Shown here: positions 39,301-53,046 of the stretch, piece after piece
Numbering within the stretch: position 1 is the stretch's first letter
How the letters are laid out: the number at the start of each line of letters is the position of its first letter
Assembly (NCBI GenBank): GCA_002269645.1
Contig: NIVC01001969.1
Coordinates: forward strand, 33,530 to 97,529
Reading direction: 5' to 3'
Origin: Macrostomum lignano
Lineage: Eukaryota
Length of the DNA: 64,000 nucleotides
The notes under the pieces: generated by a model
Database searches by the model: none
What the model was told of the DNA's origin: nothing
What the model saw: only the letters and a program-made list of their open reading frames with translations
Made by a program: the position numbers and the translations under genes

Positions 39301-42271
39301 TTGCTTTAAATATGAAAACAAAAAGCACAGCATTGAAAAAACGATTTCCATACTTTTAAACTTTCTGCCAAGATTGTAGTTGGGGGGGGGGGTTGCGTAC
39401 AGAAATTCAAGCCAGCTATCATTTGTGTAATTTCCGTAATGGAGGAGGCGGGTGACAAATTTCAATTGGTTTGATTATCGGCGCTTTCAGTCCGTCAGAT
39501 AAGAGAGTAGAGAGAAGAGAGATTTCAAGGAGAAGAGAGGATAGAAACATGATAGAAAAGACAGTAGATATGAGAGATGAAAGATTAAAGACGACAGAGG
39601 GGAGTGAGGCGGGAATGATGAAGAGGGAGAGAGAAGAGAAGAGAATTTAGAGGGGGGAGAGAGGAAAAATGAGAGAGCAGAGGAGGGAGGAAAGATGGGA
39701 GGAGAGAGGAGGGATAAGAGAGTACAGAGGAGAGAGAAGAGAGAGGAGAGATGAGACAGGAAACGGTAGAGAGGAGAGGGGAAAGATGACAGATGAAAAA
39801 GGAGAGGGTAAGAGAGAAAATAGGAGTATGAGAAATGAGAGCAGAGAGGAGAGACGATAGAGAAAAGAGAAGAGAGAGAGAGGACAGGGTAGAGGAGAGG
39901 CGATAGATAAGCGACTAGAGATAAGAGACGAGAGAGAAGAGGAGAGATAAGAGAGAATTGAGAGAAGACAGGAGAGAAGAGATAAGAGAGAAGAATGGAG
40001 AGAGAGAGAGAAGCGAGAAGAGAAAACTTGCTATGATATTTCAGAGGTTTTATGGAGGATTTGGAAGATTTGGAAGACTTTTTGACGTATACCCAGACAA
40101 GTAAAAAGCATATTTTTATAAACTTCAGTTTCATAGTCTTGATTGACTGAAATTTGATAGAGATAATATTTTTTAAATTGATGGATTGCAGTTTAACGGA
40201 GAGGATTTTGATGATATCTGTTTCATGGAGAGGATGAAATGGCTAAATGAAATGGAATAGAGAAAAGAGAAAAGGAAAGAGAAGATAAAAGATTAGATGA
40301 AAGAGAACATAAACAGAGAGAATTAAAAGGGACAGATTAGAGAAAAGAAAAAAAGAGAATAAAGGCGAGAGAAGAGATGAGGGAATTAGGAGGAGAGAGG
40401 AGAGGGGGGTAAGAGAGGAGAAAGAGGAGACAGGAGGGACAGGGAGTAGAGCCGAAAGACGAGAGAGAAGAGATAAATGAGTAGAGATGAGGGGAGAGAG
40501 AGGAGAGAGAAGCGAGATTATAAGGGAGAGAGGAGAGGGGAGAAAGTAGAGAGATGAGTGAGCAGAGAGGAGATAAAGGAGAGAAGAGAGAAGAGAGAAG
40601 AGAGAAGAGATAAAAGAGGAGAGAGGAAAAAGTAGAGAGGAGAAAGTAGTGAGGAGAAAGAAGAGAGTAAATATGAGAACGCAGAGAGGAGAGATAAGAG
40701 AGTAGAGATGAGAGATGAGAGATGAGATGAGAAATGATAGATAAGCGAGGAGATGAGAGCAGAGAGGAGATAGGAGAGATTAGAGATGATAGAGCAAAGA
40801 GGAGAGAGGAGACAGGCGAGAGTCAGTCTGGATGATGGCAGGCAGTCAGTTTTTGCAAACAGGTAAAACAACATGGTTTTTGGGAGCTTAATAGAGGATT
40901 TGGAGAGGATTTGGACGATGGGATTCGTGTCATTGGATTCAGCTGATGGATTTCAGAAAATGAAATTCTGGCGATGGGAGTTCTTCCCCTTACTCCGCCA
41001 ACGGAGGAGTTGGCCTCGTTTTTATATAGCAAGCAAGGCTAAAGTGCAAACCCAAGAGCCTTCTTGAACTGGCTGTAAAATGATTTAAATTTTGAGATTT
41101 TTCCGAAACTTTCGTCAAACACTCAGACCTTCAGTGGTGATAAGACCTCAATTTGTTAATCCCCTATGCTGTCATGCTGTCAATGAGAATTCAAAACAAA
41201 TAGTTTCCAATATAAATAATGAGTAATGATAATAATAATAACTGATTACACCCGCCCCAGTTGGGCCAAATGTGCAACTGACATAGCTCAGCCGCAGCTA
41301 TTGCGCGGCGCATCTGAAGGCTGCTGAAGGTTTCTGAAGGTTTAGTCGAAGGACTTCGGGGGGGGGGTCGCCACACACACCCTGAATTACCCCAGCTAAT
41401 GCTGGCACTCATTTTACAGCTGGGTGAACTGAAGCAATGCAGAGTTAAGTGTCTTGCTCAAGGACACAAATTGTTACAGTGGGATCGGGAATCAAACCCC
41501 CGGCCATCAAGTCGTGTGTCCGATGCTCTAACTACTAGGCTACAACCTAATTTCAAATTTCAAGGCAATCTATACTTCATGAATTAATCTACTACCTAAT
41601 CTTAGCTAAGTCACCAAACCTATATTCAAGTTTAGGTAAATATGGTAATCCATCGTCGTGAATAATCGCCCTACCTAAAACTCCTCATTTCACATGCCCC
41701 GGTGTTTGGCTTTAGCTCGTAAGCTACACATAGACTCAGAGTTAGGTTGAAGCTACAAAAAATAAAGCTTAAATTTGAAATCTGCGCCATCAACAATCAC
41801 CATATAAAGACGAAATTATGATGCTATCAAAACTGCAACTATTTCATCCCTCAAACAGGTTCAAGAAGGCCACGAGAGCTCACTTACGAGCAGTTCGTCA
41901 TCGTCGTATCCATCAAACAGCGCCACTCCGCGGATTTCGCCCAAAAGCTTCTCAATCTCTTCAGCACTTTTGCTCGTGTCCTGGCCTACGTCAGCAAAGT
42001 CTTTCTCCTGCAAATCGTCCACATCGAATGCCGAAAACATGATGCTCTCATTTTTTGGTTTGAGGTTAAAGGACTCCTCAGTGGCCGGCGGCGGCAGGAA
42101 CGAGTCGTCCTGCTCGGAGTCCACAACAAACTGCGTCTGGTGCATCTCCAGCGGAGGCTTGGCAACCGCCTCGGTGCTGTGGTGGCTGATCAGCTGACGC
42201 GCGTCACGGTCTGGAAGAGCTCTGTCATTGCGTCGGTTCGCAGCCGGCCTCTTCTGTCCCTGCTTTGACAT
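36358..42271 (-). CDS. Divergent cAMP-dependent protein kinase type II regulatory subunit-like protein (2 cNMP-binding domains), 3 exons, 397 aa
   Basis: Exons 42271-41888, 38262-38070 and 36974-36358 (GT-AG, 1194 nt). Phosphate-binding cassettes FGELSLINQRPRAAT and FGERALVLSENRAAT; RII-like KSAEEIEKLLGEIRGVALF and RRNIAEY. Confidence 0.88.
37063..37982. repeat. 33/35-bp minisatellite in the R-subunit-like intron
   Basis: Unit agcattgagcaagatgacattctatgtaatcat and variants. Confidence 0.95.
39497..40825. repeat. Two purine-rich (GA) low-complexity tracts (39497-40025 and 40250-40825)
   Basis: Near-pure G/A strand; source of L/S-rich minus-strand ORFs. Confidence 0.92.
41375..41545 (-). mobile_element. 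tRNA-derived CORE-type SINE
   Basis: Minus strand: tRNA-like head with A/B boxes, then gtgtccttgagcaagacacttaactctgcattgcttcagttcacccagctgtaaaatg (MIR/CORE-like). Related copies at 47326 and 54011. Confidence 0.8.
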
Positions 42272-42940
42272 GGCCGCGCAGTGCTTGAGAGAGAGAAAAA
42301 GTACTTTTTACTTCAATTCTTGTGCAGCAGGTATTTATTCGTTAAATATGTTATTATTGATTAAAAAGTGTCGCTTTTATAAAGTGTGTCGAAATAATAG
42401 TGTTGCATTTAAGCTCGTCTATGGTAAAGAGTCCTGACTGCAGCAGCTGCAACAACCCGGCGCTTGCTTACGAGACAAACCAAGGAATTCTAATTCGTAA
42501 AAGGCGTCCTTTCTGTAAAAAAGTGAACAAGATTCTCAAATCCAGGACAACACATCAACTGAAAGTCTACTCATTAAAGTAGCTGAGAATTGGTTGCAGA
42601 GCGAGACGCAAGACTTTGGACTAGAAGAAATATGCATCATGAAATTTTTAAACCGTCTCAGCCATTGTATTTCACAATCAATAGACTGATATAGAAATGA
42701 GGAAGAACTGACAGAAATGCAGCGGCGCTCAACGCAGACAAGGTTTACCCAGAGCTAGAACTTGGAGGAAATAACTCTTCCCATTTTCACTGTAAACTTA
42801 ATCTCACCTTGAAGCTAAACACAATCTCCTTATTTGAGTAGAACTCATTGGTTTTTAAGCAGTTAGCCTATGACTTATGAGCTAGCCTTGAATTTTGAGC
42901 ACTTCAGACTATGGTTCAAGGTCTTCTTGGCTCAGCTGTC

Positions 42941-42947
42941 TATAAAA
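42941..42947 (+). promoter_or_regulatory. Candidate TATA box of WSC gene 1
   Basis: TATAAAA ~55 nt upstream of the ATG at 43000; paralogs have similar boxes. Confidence 0.5.
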
Positions 42948-42999
42948 TTCAAATGCAGAAGAGACGGGAGAGTCACTCCTTTCTGCACAGCTTGGCAAC

Positions 43000-43720
43000 A
43001 TGCAGTGTAAGATGCTCGCTCTCATCACCTGTGCGATTCTGTGCGCCTTTCTACACTCTGCAGCTGGTAGAGCGGTCGAGTTTGCGTACCTGGGTTGCTT
43101 TGTTGATGGCTCGCCTAGAGATTTAAACGGCCTCTATGGAGTCAGCAGAATTGGGCCGTTTGGCGTTGGCAGCTCGACCGCCTCAAACAGCACCGCCATG
43201 TCGCGTGAGTACTGCGCCGATGTCTGCTCGCTCGGCGGATTCGCGTACTTTGGCGTCCAGGCCGGTGTGCAGTGCTTCTGCGGCAACTCCTACGGATCCC
43301 ACGGAGCCGTTGCTGAAAGCAACTGCGGATCCACCTGCTCAGGAAATGCGGCTCAGAAATGTGGAGGATCGTGGCGCAATTCTGTGTTCGCTCTGACTTA
43401 CCTCAGTTAGTAAACTGCGATTGAAACGGTAAATGGAACTTCGCTGCTAAAATAAAAAACCACTGCCAATCAAACCGCCTATTTCAGACAATTTTTTTCT
43501 TGAAGAAGTGACAACTTCTCTGACTGTTGTATCGAATGGACTGACATCCTGGAGCAGCGCCGCCCGAACCGATATTGAGTGCATGAGCTTCTGCCTGTCC
43601 AACAGCCTGTGCCAGGCCGTGATCTTCTCTAAGCAGCAGCGCCTGTGCCACCTGCTGAGGTTCGCCTACCCGCCATCGAGTCTGAGCAGCATCGATGGAG
43701 ACTTCTTCGTGCGCGGCTGA
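43000..43720 (+). CDS. Secreted WSC + PAN/Apple-like domain protein (cluster gene 1, intact, 212 aa)
   Basis: Exons 43000-43405 and 43488-43720 (phase-1, 82-nt intron). Signal peptide; WSC YLGCFVD...RDL...MSREYCADVCSLGGFAYFGVQAGVQCFCG...C...CGG; C-terminal 4-Cys IECMSFCLSNSLCQAVIFSKQQRLCHLL. Confidence 0.9.
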
Positions 43721-45790
43721 GCCGAATTCAACATCAACAAGCTAAGCTGACGATTACTACCGGTTGACGGAAGCAACTTGGAGCAACTTGGTCAAGCAAT
43801 CAAATACAATAGCCTTGGAAAGCAAAATGCTTTATTTTTAAACTTCACAATCTGTACCCCCGACTGGAAAACCAGACTATTACAAACAATAATAAAGAAT
43901 CTCTTTTAAAAGTTTTTTTCACAATTTTAACCGTTGATTACTCAGCTAGACCGGCCGAAAAATTTCTATTCCACTCTTTTCTATCGATTCGATGAGAAAT
44001 CATCTTAGCTATTTTTAGGCCACGTTTCTTCAACAATCAGTAAAACAAAGTCTTAACCGTGGAGTAATTTTTCTTTTTTCATTTTTTACCTCTAAAAGGA
44101 TATTTTATTAAGATTTTAAGATTATAATTAGACGAAATACTATTAAAAGTGATAGAATGATCCTTTTCTTGTTTAACCTCTCTAGAAGATGCTTTATTGA
44201 CTTTTCAAGTTAATAATTAAAACAAAGGCTTAACCGTATGATAAATTTACTTGTTCGTTTTAAACCTCTAAAAAGATACTTTTTTTCTTTTTAGTGAATA
44301 ATTAAGACAAATGCATAGCGGTAATATTTACTGTTTCTTCTTCATTTTTAACCTCTTAAATGATATTTTATTTGCTTTCAATCGAAAATCTTTAGATATA
44401 TACTTGTTCCTTCTTAGTTTTTAATTTCTTACGATGCTTTATTTTTAAAGAGAAAAATTAAAACAAATATTTAATACTTACGAGCTACAAATACAGCTAC
44501 GTTACTTTGCATATTTAACCTCGAAAAAGATACTTTATTTGCTTCCAAGTGAACAATTACCTGGTAAAACAAATGCTGAACCGTGATATTTACTCTGCTC
44601 TCTCTCTTCACTTTTAATCTCTAAAAATATGTCTTATTAACATTCAATCCAGTTTTATTTACCCTCAATTAAAACAAAAAACTAACTGTCGGATATCTCC
44701 CATCCATTTTATTTCAAAACCATAATTTATAAGATATTTTCGTTTTATTACTTTTACTATTTGGTGAAATTACCCCAGCTAATGCCTAGATGAAGAACTG
44801 ATCGTCTGATGGTGTCCATGTATATTCATTCATTGTTGAAAAAAAACATCTCAGTACCAGTGCTAAATCAGAACTGTTCGAACTTCGGTCGTAAGTCAAC
44901 AGCAGGGCAACCACGAGTAACTTGCATTTTTGTCAAACTTCAATAATCAACTTGAATGCTGACGGTTTTCCTGCTTAAAGCTGCATCTGCATGCGTGCAA
45001 GAAATGCTTGCTTTTAGATGTTGGAGACTTGCTTCTATTGTTTCAGAGAATCCTCAGCTCTTCATCCACCTTCTGCCTTTTTCATTACTGTAAATTCACA
45101 AATGCCTCTCTTCCTGACTTCTGACTTCCCTGCTGCCTTAATTGTTCCGGATTTTACCCTCCAGTCCTTTTAGGCGATGGCTGCATGCAAAATTGCTTTC
45201 GCAAGCAAGCTGCTAAAAAACACCCACGCTTTTTCTATTGTGGCTTCTCTTTTGCTACATTTTTTTTGCAGGTAACGGAAAAGTACACACATAGGACACC
45301 TCTTAACGCGGCTGGTTTCTGAAATTTTGACTGTCAGCAACCCTGGCCTGCCGCATCATAAATTTCCCAGCTAGCTTGTAGCTATAGTTTTTCAATTTAC
45401 GCGCAACCACAAAGATAGGGGAGTTTGGCGAGTCCAAAACCCATGTTGGAGCACTCAAAACGGTTGCTTTTTGTTGGGTGCATGACTGCAATAATCGATT
45501 GTTATGGATGGAAGTCCAGAATGGATCTTTTCTATTTCTTAAGCTCCTGTCTCAAAAGGCATTCGATTCTGCCAAGTTGCTTTGATCCGGACAGAAATTC
45601 TTTGGAGAGGTTTATCGCTCGATGCAAGACAGCATTCATGAGAATTCTTGAGAATTTCTCTGGGGTAAAATGACTTTAACCGAAACGGCTGAGCAGATCT
45701 CTGAGTGACAGGTTTTTTCTCGTCAAAGACAGCCTCTAGAGTAGTTTGAGCTTTTCTTGAGGAAAATTTCAGTGCAATAAGAGCTCAACA

Positions 45791-46075
45791 ATGGACTGCC
45801 CGTGAAGGTGATAGTGAATCAACTGCTGCTGCTGCTGGTGCTATTTTTATTGATGTTGAGGAACTTGAGGACGAGGGCAATGAAGCTCAAGTTGAAGTTG
45901 TCAATCAACAACAGCAAGTGCAAGGGCAACGTCTGCATCCTTGGCCACACTTGGAATCATATTTCAAACTAAAATTTTTCGAGTCAGGGGTCAATGCAAT
46001 CTTTATCTGCCAACTCTGTCAACCGCTAGAGCAATGCATTAAAGCACATCTCTCAAGTCTACAAGTCTACAAATA
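45791..46075 (+). mobile_element. hAT-like transposase N-terminal fragment (acidic leader + BED-type zinc finger), truncated
   Basis: HPWPHLESYFKLKFF...FICQLCQP...IKAHLSSL resembles BED fingers of hAT transposases. The ATG at 45791 is out of frame and the frame runs into a microsatellite. Confidence 0.6.
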
Positions 46076-46079
46076 CATA

Positions 46080-46942
<863 letters not shown>

Positions 46943-46974
46943 ATCTTCACCATACGTTTCCTGGGAGTAAAACT

Positions 46975-47880
46975 TAACATTTCCGTGCTACTGTAAGTAG
47001 AGCACTGCCATATCTACCGATATAAAAAAGCAAGCAATCGCTTTGCCGAGTTGTTTCAATCCGAGCGTAACAAATTTCTGTAAGAATTAACCATAGTGAC
47101 ACGAAAGAGCTGAACCTTTAAATCGTACAGATTGCCCTGGAGGGCCTGTGCAGGTTGCCGGACTTCAATACATTCAATTGTTTCCAAGATTTTACCTTGG
47201 TAAACTTGCAAATCAGAAAGTGAAACAAAAATTCATGCATACGCTCGTATTGTAAATTTTGGATGATACTGTGAATGTAGTGTACTTGTCTAGTATACTT
47301 TAGTAGTCCTTGGTCAGCTCTTAACGTGTTGTAGACTATTGGTCAGAGCGTCTGACTTACGACTACAAGGTTGGGGGTTCGATTCTTGACCCACTCGGAA
47401 CAATTTGTAGCCTTGAGCAAGAGACATAACTCTGCATTGCTTCAGTTCACCTAGCTGTAAAATGGGTGCCAGCATTAGCTGGGGTAATTGAGGGTGTGTC
47501 CTGGGACCCCTGGACAAAGACCCCCTCCAGTCCTTCAGCTGTTAAGACTTCATAGACTTTGATGCCAAAGCTCACTGGTAATGCTGACATCTACGACTCC
47601 ATAGCTGAATTTTAGAGCTGATGCTTTGCTCTAGAAATGTACATTCGTTTTCTGAGGATACTACCAATAGCAACCTAAATGGTCAAAACCAAAATGTAGC
47701 TGATTCAATAATTAGTGCTTTCTTAAATTGTTGCCTCCCAACAGGGGAAGACGCATATTGTTGGAAGTGGGAGGCTTGCGTGGCATATGTGCCAGTGGCC
47801 CAGGCTCGATTCCTAATGCAGTCACATTGGAATCTTGGCTTGGCTCTGCTCGTGCAATTAATGCTCTTGAGGGCCAGCCC
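46975..47880 (+). repeat. Segmental duplication, copy A (paralogous to ~53590-54545)
   Basis: Colinear shared blocks: gtagagcactg, attgccctggagggcctgtgcaggtt, the SINE, gactccatagctgaattt and gcagtcacattggaatcttggcttggctctgctcgtgcaattaa. Confidence 0.9.
47326..47510 (+). mobile_element. tRNA-derived CORE-type SINE
   Basis: B-box ggttcgattc followed by the CORE-like segment; same family as the 41375 copy. Confidence 0.8.
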
Positions 47881-48767
47881 CCACGGCAGTCAGCGGAATG
47901 GGCAGGGATGCCTCTCATCGGTAGTGTGACAATGTCGCTTGAAATGCGCCAAGATGCAAAAAGCCTCATGTCTCTAATAAAAAATAAATCAAATAAACTG
48001 ATCGGGTAGCTTTAATCTATCCAACCCTTCGCATACCTCTCCCCCCACTTCATTCCTCAACTCAAGTCTGCCGCGGCGTAGCTAAGTTGCGTCACTCGCA
48101 AAGATTGAGAGACTTTACCTGCACTCTCAAAAGTGGCGACCACAGACGGAATCTTTGGACACAATTGCCTGTTATCTTATAACACAATTCCTTGATAGAG
48201 AAATGTCCACTAAGTAGTTGTGTAATATGCAGTTTGCATTGAATCGTACCGTAGACAACACCAGAGTAAAAGGTGTACAAATGCAATTGTAATAAAATAC
48301 CATGGACATAAGCAAACAAGTGCGCAGCTTAAAGTCTGTAAGAGCAGTTAAGAGCAGCGTAGGCACCAGAATTCGATGAATTCATAGAATTGCAAGAATA
48401 CAAGAATAGGTTTAAAGTTATCATGATTAACTGCGCGAATCTTCCGATTGATTCTATTGTCTCCTTATTTAGGGAGAATGCCTGTTATCTTAGTGAAGGC
48501 TTTTTTATGTTGTCTTTTTGTCCATGACAAGTTTACTCGAATAAGGTGATTTTTAAAACTGAAGAAGGAATTGATTCTTAAGAAAATGTCCTCTTTAATG
48601 GATTTGCATGAATCATTTTTTCTCCTTGCTTATTGCGCGCCCCGAAGGGGGGCACTAGATTGCTAGTTTGAGTCTTAGCTTTTGTTTGGAATCGGATTGG
48701 AATCTCATCTCTGCGTGTACGCTCGTACGATAAGAGAAAAACGTTATCGCCATAACATGCAGATATC

Positions 48768-50430
48768 GAAAATCAACCTGGCCGGCGACACTCCAGATGA
48801 GCGCAGAAATGAGCTGCGCGAGTTCTTCGCCGCCATCGTCAACACGCCCCCGCCCCCGCTGCCAAACGATCTGAGGCTGCCGCCGGACACGCCGTTGCCG
48901 GCAGAGAAAAGTTTTAATGTAGCCCCAGTCAGCACAGCCGACGTTGTGAGGCTCGCCCAACAGTCACTGGGCGGGAAAGCGCTGGGTCTGGACGAGGTGC
49001 CCATCAAGGCGCTGCGACTCCACTGTGTAGCCAGCAAGGTCGCCAGTGTGATGAACCGCGTGCTTTTCGGTGAGGCGGCACCCAACGAATGGACCAATAG
49101 ACCACGACACACATCGTCGCTATTCCGAAGAAGCCGTGCACCACGCGGCTTGAGGAGCACCGAGATTGCCTGCCGCCCTGCGCTGCGAAGCTGTTCAACC
49201 GGATGCTGTTATCGCGGTTGCAGCCCGTGCTGGATCCGTACCTGCGTCCTGAGCAGAACGCGGCTTCCGGCCCCACCGCGGCACAGTGGCGCAGATCCTG
49301 GCTCTTCGCCGAGTTATCGAGGAAGCGCGGATCAACTAGTCGAGCCTGATTGCTCTCTTTGTTGACTTCAGGAAGGCTTTCGACTCGGTCGTAAGGGCCG
49401 TGCTCCCAATGGTGCTTCGTGCGTACAACGTGCCAGAGCAGCTGATTTCCGCCGCCATGGCGCTGTATCATGGCACGAACGCTGCTGTGCTAACACCGGA
49501 CGGCATGTCGGATTTCTTTGAGACATCCTCTGGGGTGCTTCAGGGAGATTCGCTTGCGCTGTTCCTGTTCGTCCTTGTGCTTGACTGGGTGCTGCGGACT
49601 GCTTCCCCTTCTAACGACGACGGCTTCCTGTTGCAGCGACGCGTGGGTCGACGCCAACCGGAAAGGCGGCTCAGCGTGCTGGGCTACGCCGTTGATCTCA
49701 CCCTGCTGTCCTCGACCGTCGAGGGCGCCCAACGCCAGCTGGACCGGCTGGTGAGCATTGCGGCGAATGTCGGCCTGGTGGTCAACATGCAGAAGACCGT
49801 CGTGCTCTGCGTGCCGGACGATATTTTTTTCTGCCGAGGCGCCGACGGACAGGCGACGAAGCTTCCGTGCTGTCAGCAGTTCGTCTACCTCGACGGTCTG
49901 GTGCCTGACGTTCGCGAGGGTTGTCCTGCAGTCCAAGGCCCTGCCCGACCGCCAGAGGGCGGCGTTGTTCCAGGCGGTGATTGAGATCGTCTTGTTGTAC
50001 AACGAAACAAGAGACCTGGACGCTGACGGATTCGCTCGAACAGCAGATCGATGAGGCGCACGCTGGCCTGCTGCGCGCCGCCTTCAAGCTCGACTACGAG
50101 CGAGTCACCAATGCGGCACTCTATCGCCGCACAGGCCTGTCCCGTCCCAGCGAACTGTTGCGCCGTCGGCGACTCCAGCTAGTAGGCCATTTTATCCGAG
50201 CCGAGTCCTACTGCCCACAGCCGGTGCAGGAGGTGCTGCTGCTGACGCTACAGGCACCCTACCGGCAGGGGCAAGCGCGTACTCGGCGTTTCGTTGGCTG
50301 CCTTCTGGCTGATGCTGGCGCCCCGTACACTGCCGGCGGGGCGGCTTACGTTCGCGCCCAGGCCTTGAAACGCGCCATGTTACGTTGCCTGCTAACTGAT
50401 TGACAACGTATTTTGTTGTGTTGTTGTTGT
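48768..50430 (+). mobile_element. 5'-truncated, frameshifted RTE-type non-LTR retrotransposon (reverse transcriptase)
   Basis: RT motifs KALGLDEVP, EQNGFRP, LFVDFRKAFDSV, GVLQGDSL and YAVD (YADD mutated), and RTE-like RRRRLQLVGHFIR. (TTG)n tail at 50411-50430; flanking TSD atgcagatAtc (48757) / atgcagatGtc (50431). Confidence 0.92.
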
Positions 50431-51818
50431 ATGCAGATGTCAAAGGGAATGAATCAGATTTTCAAATTAGGTAATTTGAACAAAATTCATTTTGCAAATT
50501 GGTTGTGAAAAGTTTTTGCTTGCAAAAGTTTTACTTTCAAAAGTTAATTTAGCCTGGGTTCATTCAACAGAGAATTATTCAGTGAATAGTGAAAGAAACT
50601 TCTGCCTTAAAAGGTATTTTAAGTTGAGTTAATGGTTGTACAAATAATATGCTGTGTTGATAGCTGCCTCTCCTAATGGTGGGTGAGTCTTCCGCAGATC
50701 CATTACTTCCTTAACAGCCAAAATGCTACGGGAAGCATCTACGAGCGTACGTGCTTCGCAATGCTTTCTGTTAAAAATTTAAAACGTTTTGTATCCAGCT
50801 TGATGGAGTTTGCCGGTCTCGCTACAAATATTTCGACTTAACAAACATTTTAAGCGCTTTTTATCTCTCGCTTCGGTAAGCAAAGTCGCTGTGTAATCAG
50901 GCTTGGCCTCCGCTCAGGCAGATTCAGTGCCGGATGAAGTCTGCTGCAACTTCTGTTGCCAGTGCTTGCTTCTTTGCAGAAGCGATAAGACGTGTTTCAC
51001 CTGGCTCAGGTACTCGGAGCAGCAGCTAGGAATGCAGCTCTAGCAAGATGGTAAAATAACTAATGGAAGTTTCAGTGGCTCTGCAAAACTTTACTGCCGC
51101 ATCCGGTACTACATACAACTATAGATCCAAAAAATTGTTATAGGCTTGTACATATACACTGAGCTGCTAAAGTTCTTTTGAATTACAATAAGCTAAATCA
51201 GTCTTCAGTTGTGATGGCGAATTCCAATTTCATTTTCACAAAGTTGCGCCCTTCGTAAAAGCTTCTGTCGCTTAGACAATGGAAGTATAGTCATTGAAGT
51301 CCGTTGCATGTGCGCTTAATTCCAATATCATCCCAGAGAAACGTTAGGTAGACGCAAGCTGTTTCAAAATAAAAAGCTCAAGTTTTTCGCGAGAATGTAA
51401 CATTTACATTTGAGAATGTAACACTTAGCAGAAAATCAATCGAATAACTGCCATGGCTCATAACCGAAGATCATAAAAACACTCATATATACTCGTACAT
51501 ACATAGATCATATACCAGATCTATGCTCATAACAAGTCTTATCGGGAAGCTAAAATGAGCTGCAGTATTTGTCCATTCTGGGCGAATAAAGTTAGCAATC
51601 GCAGCCTTACTCAGAAACCGAATATATGCCAAGAGCATCTGGACACAACAGTACTACTATTTAGTATCAGTTAGTAGCATAACTGTTACAGTATTGAGTC
51701 AACTGGTGTGTGCGCGATTTGCATCGGATTCGTCCTAGAAAAAAAACTAGTGAAAGCACGCGGCCGATGTGATTGGTTGCTGATCTGTTATCCACTACCA
51801 ACTGGTTTCATACTAAGC

Positions 51819-51826
51819 TATATAAA
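51819..51826 (+). promoter_or_regulatory. Candidate TATA box of WSC gene 2
   Basis: TATATAAA ~50 nt upstream of the ATG at 51872. Confidence 0.5.
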
Positions 51827-51871
51827 CCCGACTAATTCCATTGACATAAAAAACTTTAAGTCGAGAACAAC

Positions 51872-52664
51872 ATGGAACAGATATCGCGAATTTTGATTTT
51901 ACTCGGCGCTCTGCTCACCTGTGCGACCTGCAGGTCTGTCAATTACTCCTACGTGGGTTGCTACGTGGACTACACGGGCAAGGCCAGAGACTTAGACGGA
52001 CTGACTGGAGTCACCCAGCTGGGTCCGTTTGAGGTTCGCTCAGGCGACCCTCACATAAGAGCAAGCATGACTCTCGAGCTGTGCAGCAGCGCCTGCTCTC
52101 TGGGCGGATTCTCGTACTTCGGGGTGCAGGTTGGTGTCGAGTGCTTCTGCGGCAACTCAATCGGATCGCAGGGCAAAGGCAATGAGAGCGACTGCAACAG
52201 ACAGTGCAGTGGAAACTCGCAGCAAATATGCGGAGGTCGATTTCGAAATTAGGTGTTCGCTCTGACCTACCCCTGTGAGTGACGGGCGATTAATCCATGG
52301 TCAAAAATAATTTTTAATCGACTAGCTCGTCTTTTGAGGCAGCTATTTATTTTTTCTCAAGACCTTATGAAATAGATAGCAGAAAAAACGTGGCTCTAAA
52401 ACTTGTTTATGAATTTTTATTTCAGACCGTTACTACCTGGTTGAGAAGGACAACAGCCTCTTCGTCAAGACCAACAGCACCAAGACCTCGTCCTGGCCGG
52501 CCGCTGTCCATTCTGTCGTAGACTGCCTTCTCCGGTGCAGCACCGCAGCCGACTGCCAGGCTGCCGTTTTCTCCGAGCGGCTGCTCGCCTGCCACCTGCT
52601 GGCGTTCGCCTACCCGCCAGCCGGCCTGACCGGACCCGACTGGACTATCTACCAGCGTGGCTGA
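51872..52664 (+). pseudogene. WSC + PAN/Apple-like cluster gene 2, single premature stop
   Basis: Exons 51872-52274 and 52426-52664. TAG at 52250-52252 where paralogs have Ser (RN*VFAL vs RNSVFAL); the rest of the frame and both splice sites are intact. Confidence 0.85.
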
Positions 52665-53046
52665 GAGCAAAATTGGCTTGAGTCCTGCGACTGGAGTGTG
52701 TTGGCATGGAGAAGACGAATTATGAACTATGAACCACTTGATATGTTTTATTTTGGAAACATTAATGTAGATTTCCAGCAGTTACAATACCTAGGATTTC
52801 CTAAGACCCGTCAAAGTAATGGTTCTGTCTTGATTAAAGTAAATCACTGATTCCTTATCGGCCTATGGACTACCCGTTGTTAAACAACCGATTTCAATAT
52901 AAACTAAAGAAGCCAGGGCGAATTCAATAAATTTTGCAAAACGGAATCTTTTCCTCCGCATCTGAAACGCGGATTAGTGGCTTGAGATAGAGTCTTTCAC
53001 TATATATACTCGTATACAAACGAAACAATAATATTGCAATGTTTAT

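Noticed and set aside
34236-42271. Operon linking the R-subunit-like gene and NPF (same strand, adjacent)
   Set aside because: The spacer is ~1.5 kb and mostly minisatellite; nothing in the sequence beyond adjacency supports co-transcription.
47326-47400. tRNA genes at the SINE heads (also ~41470-41545 and ~54011-54085)
   Set aside because: No clean cloverleaf or acceptor stem; each continues into a shared CORE-like body, so they are SINEs.
52250-52252. Programmed readthrough or recoding of the TAG in WSC gene 2
   Set aside because: The codon is not UGA and has no known readthrough context. Paralogs have Ser (TCN), so a single nonsense change is simpler.
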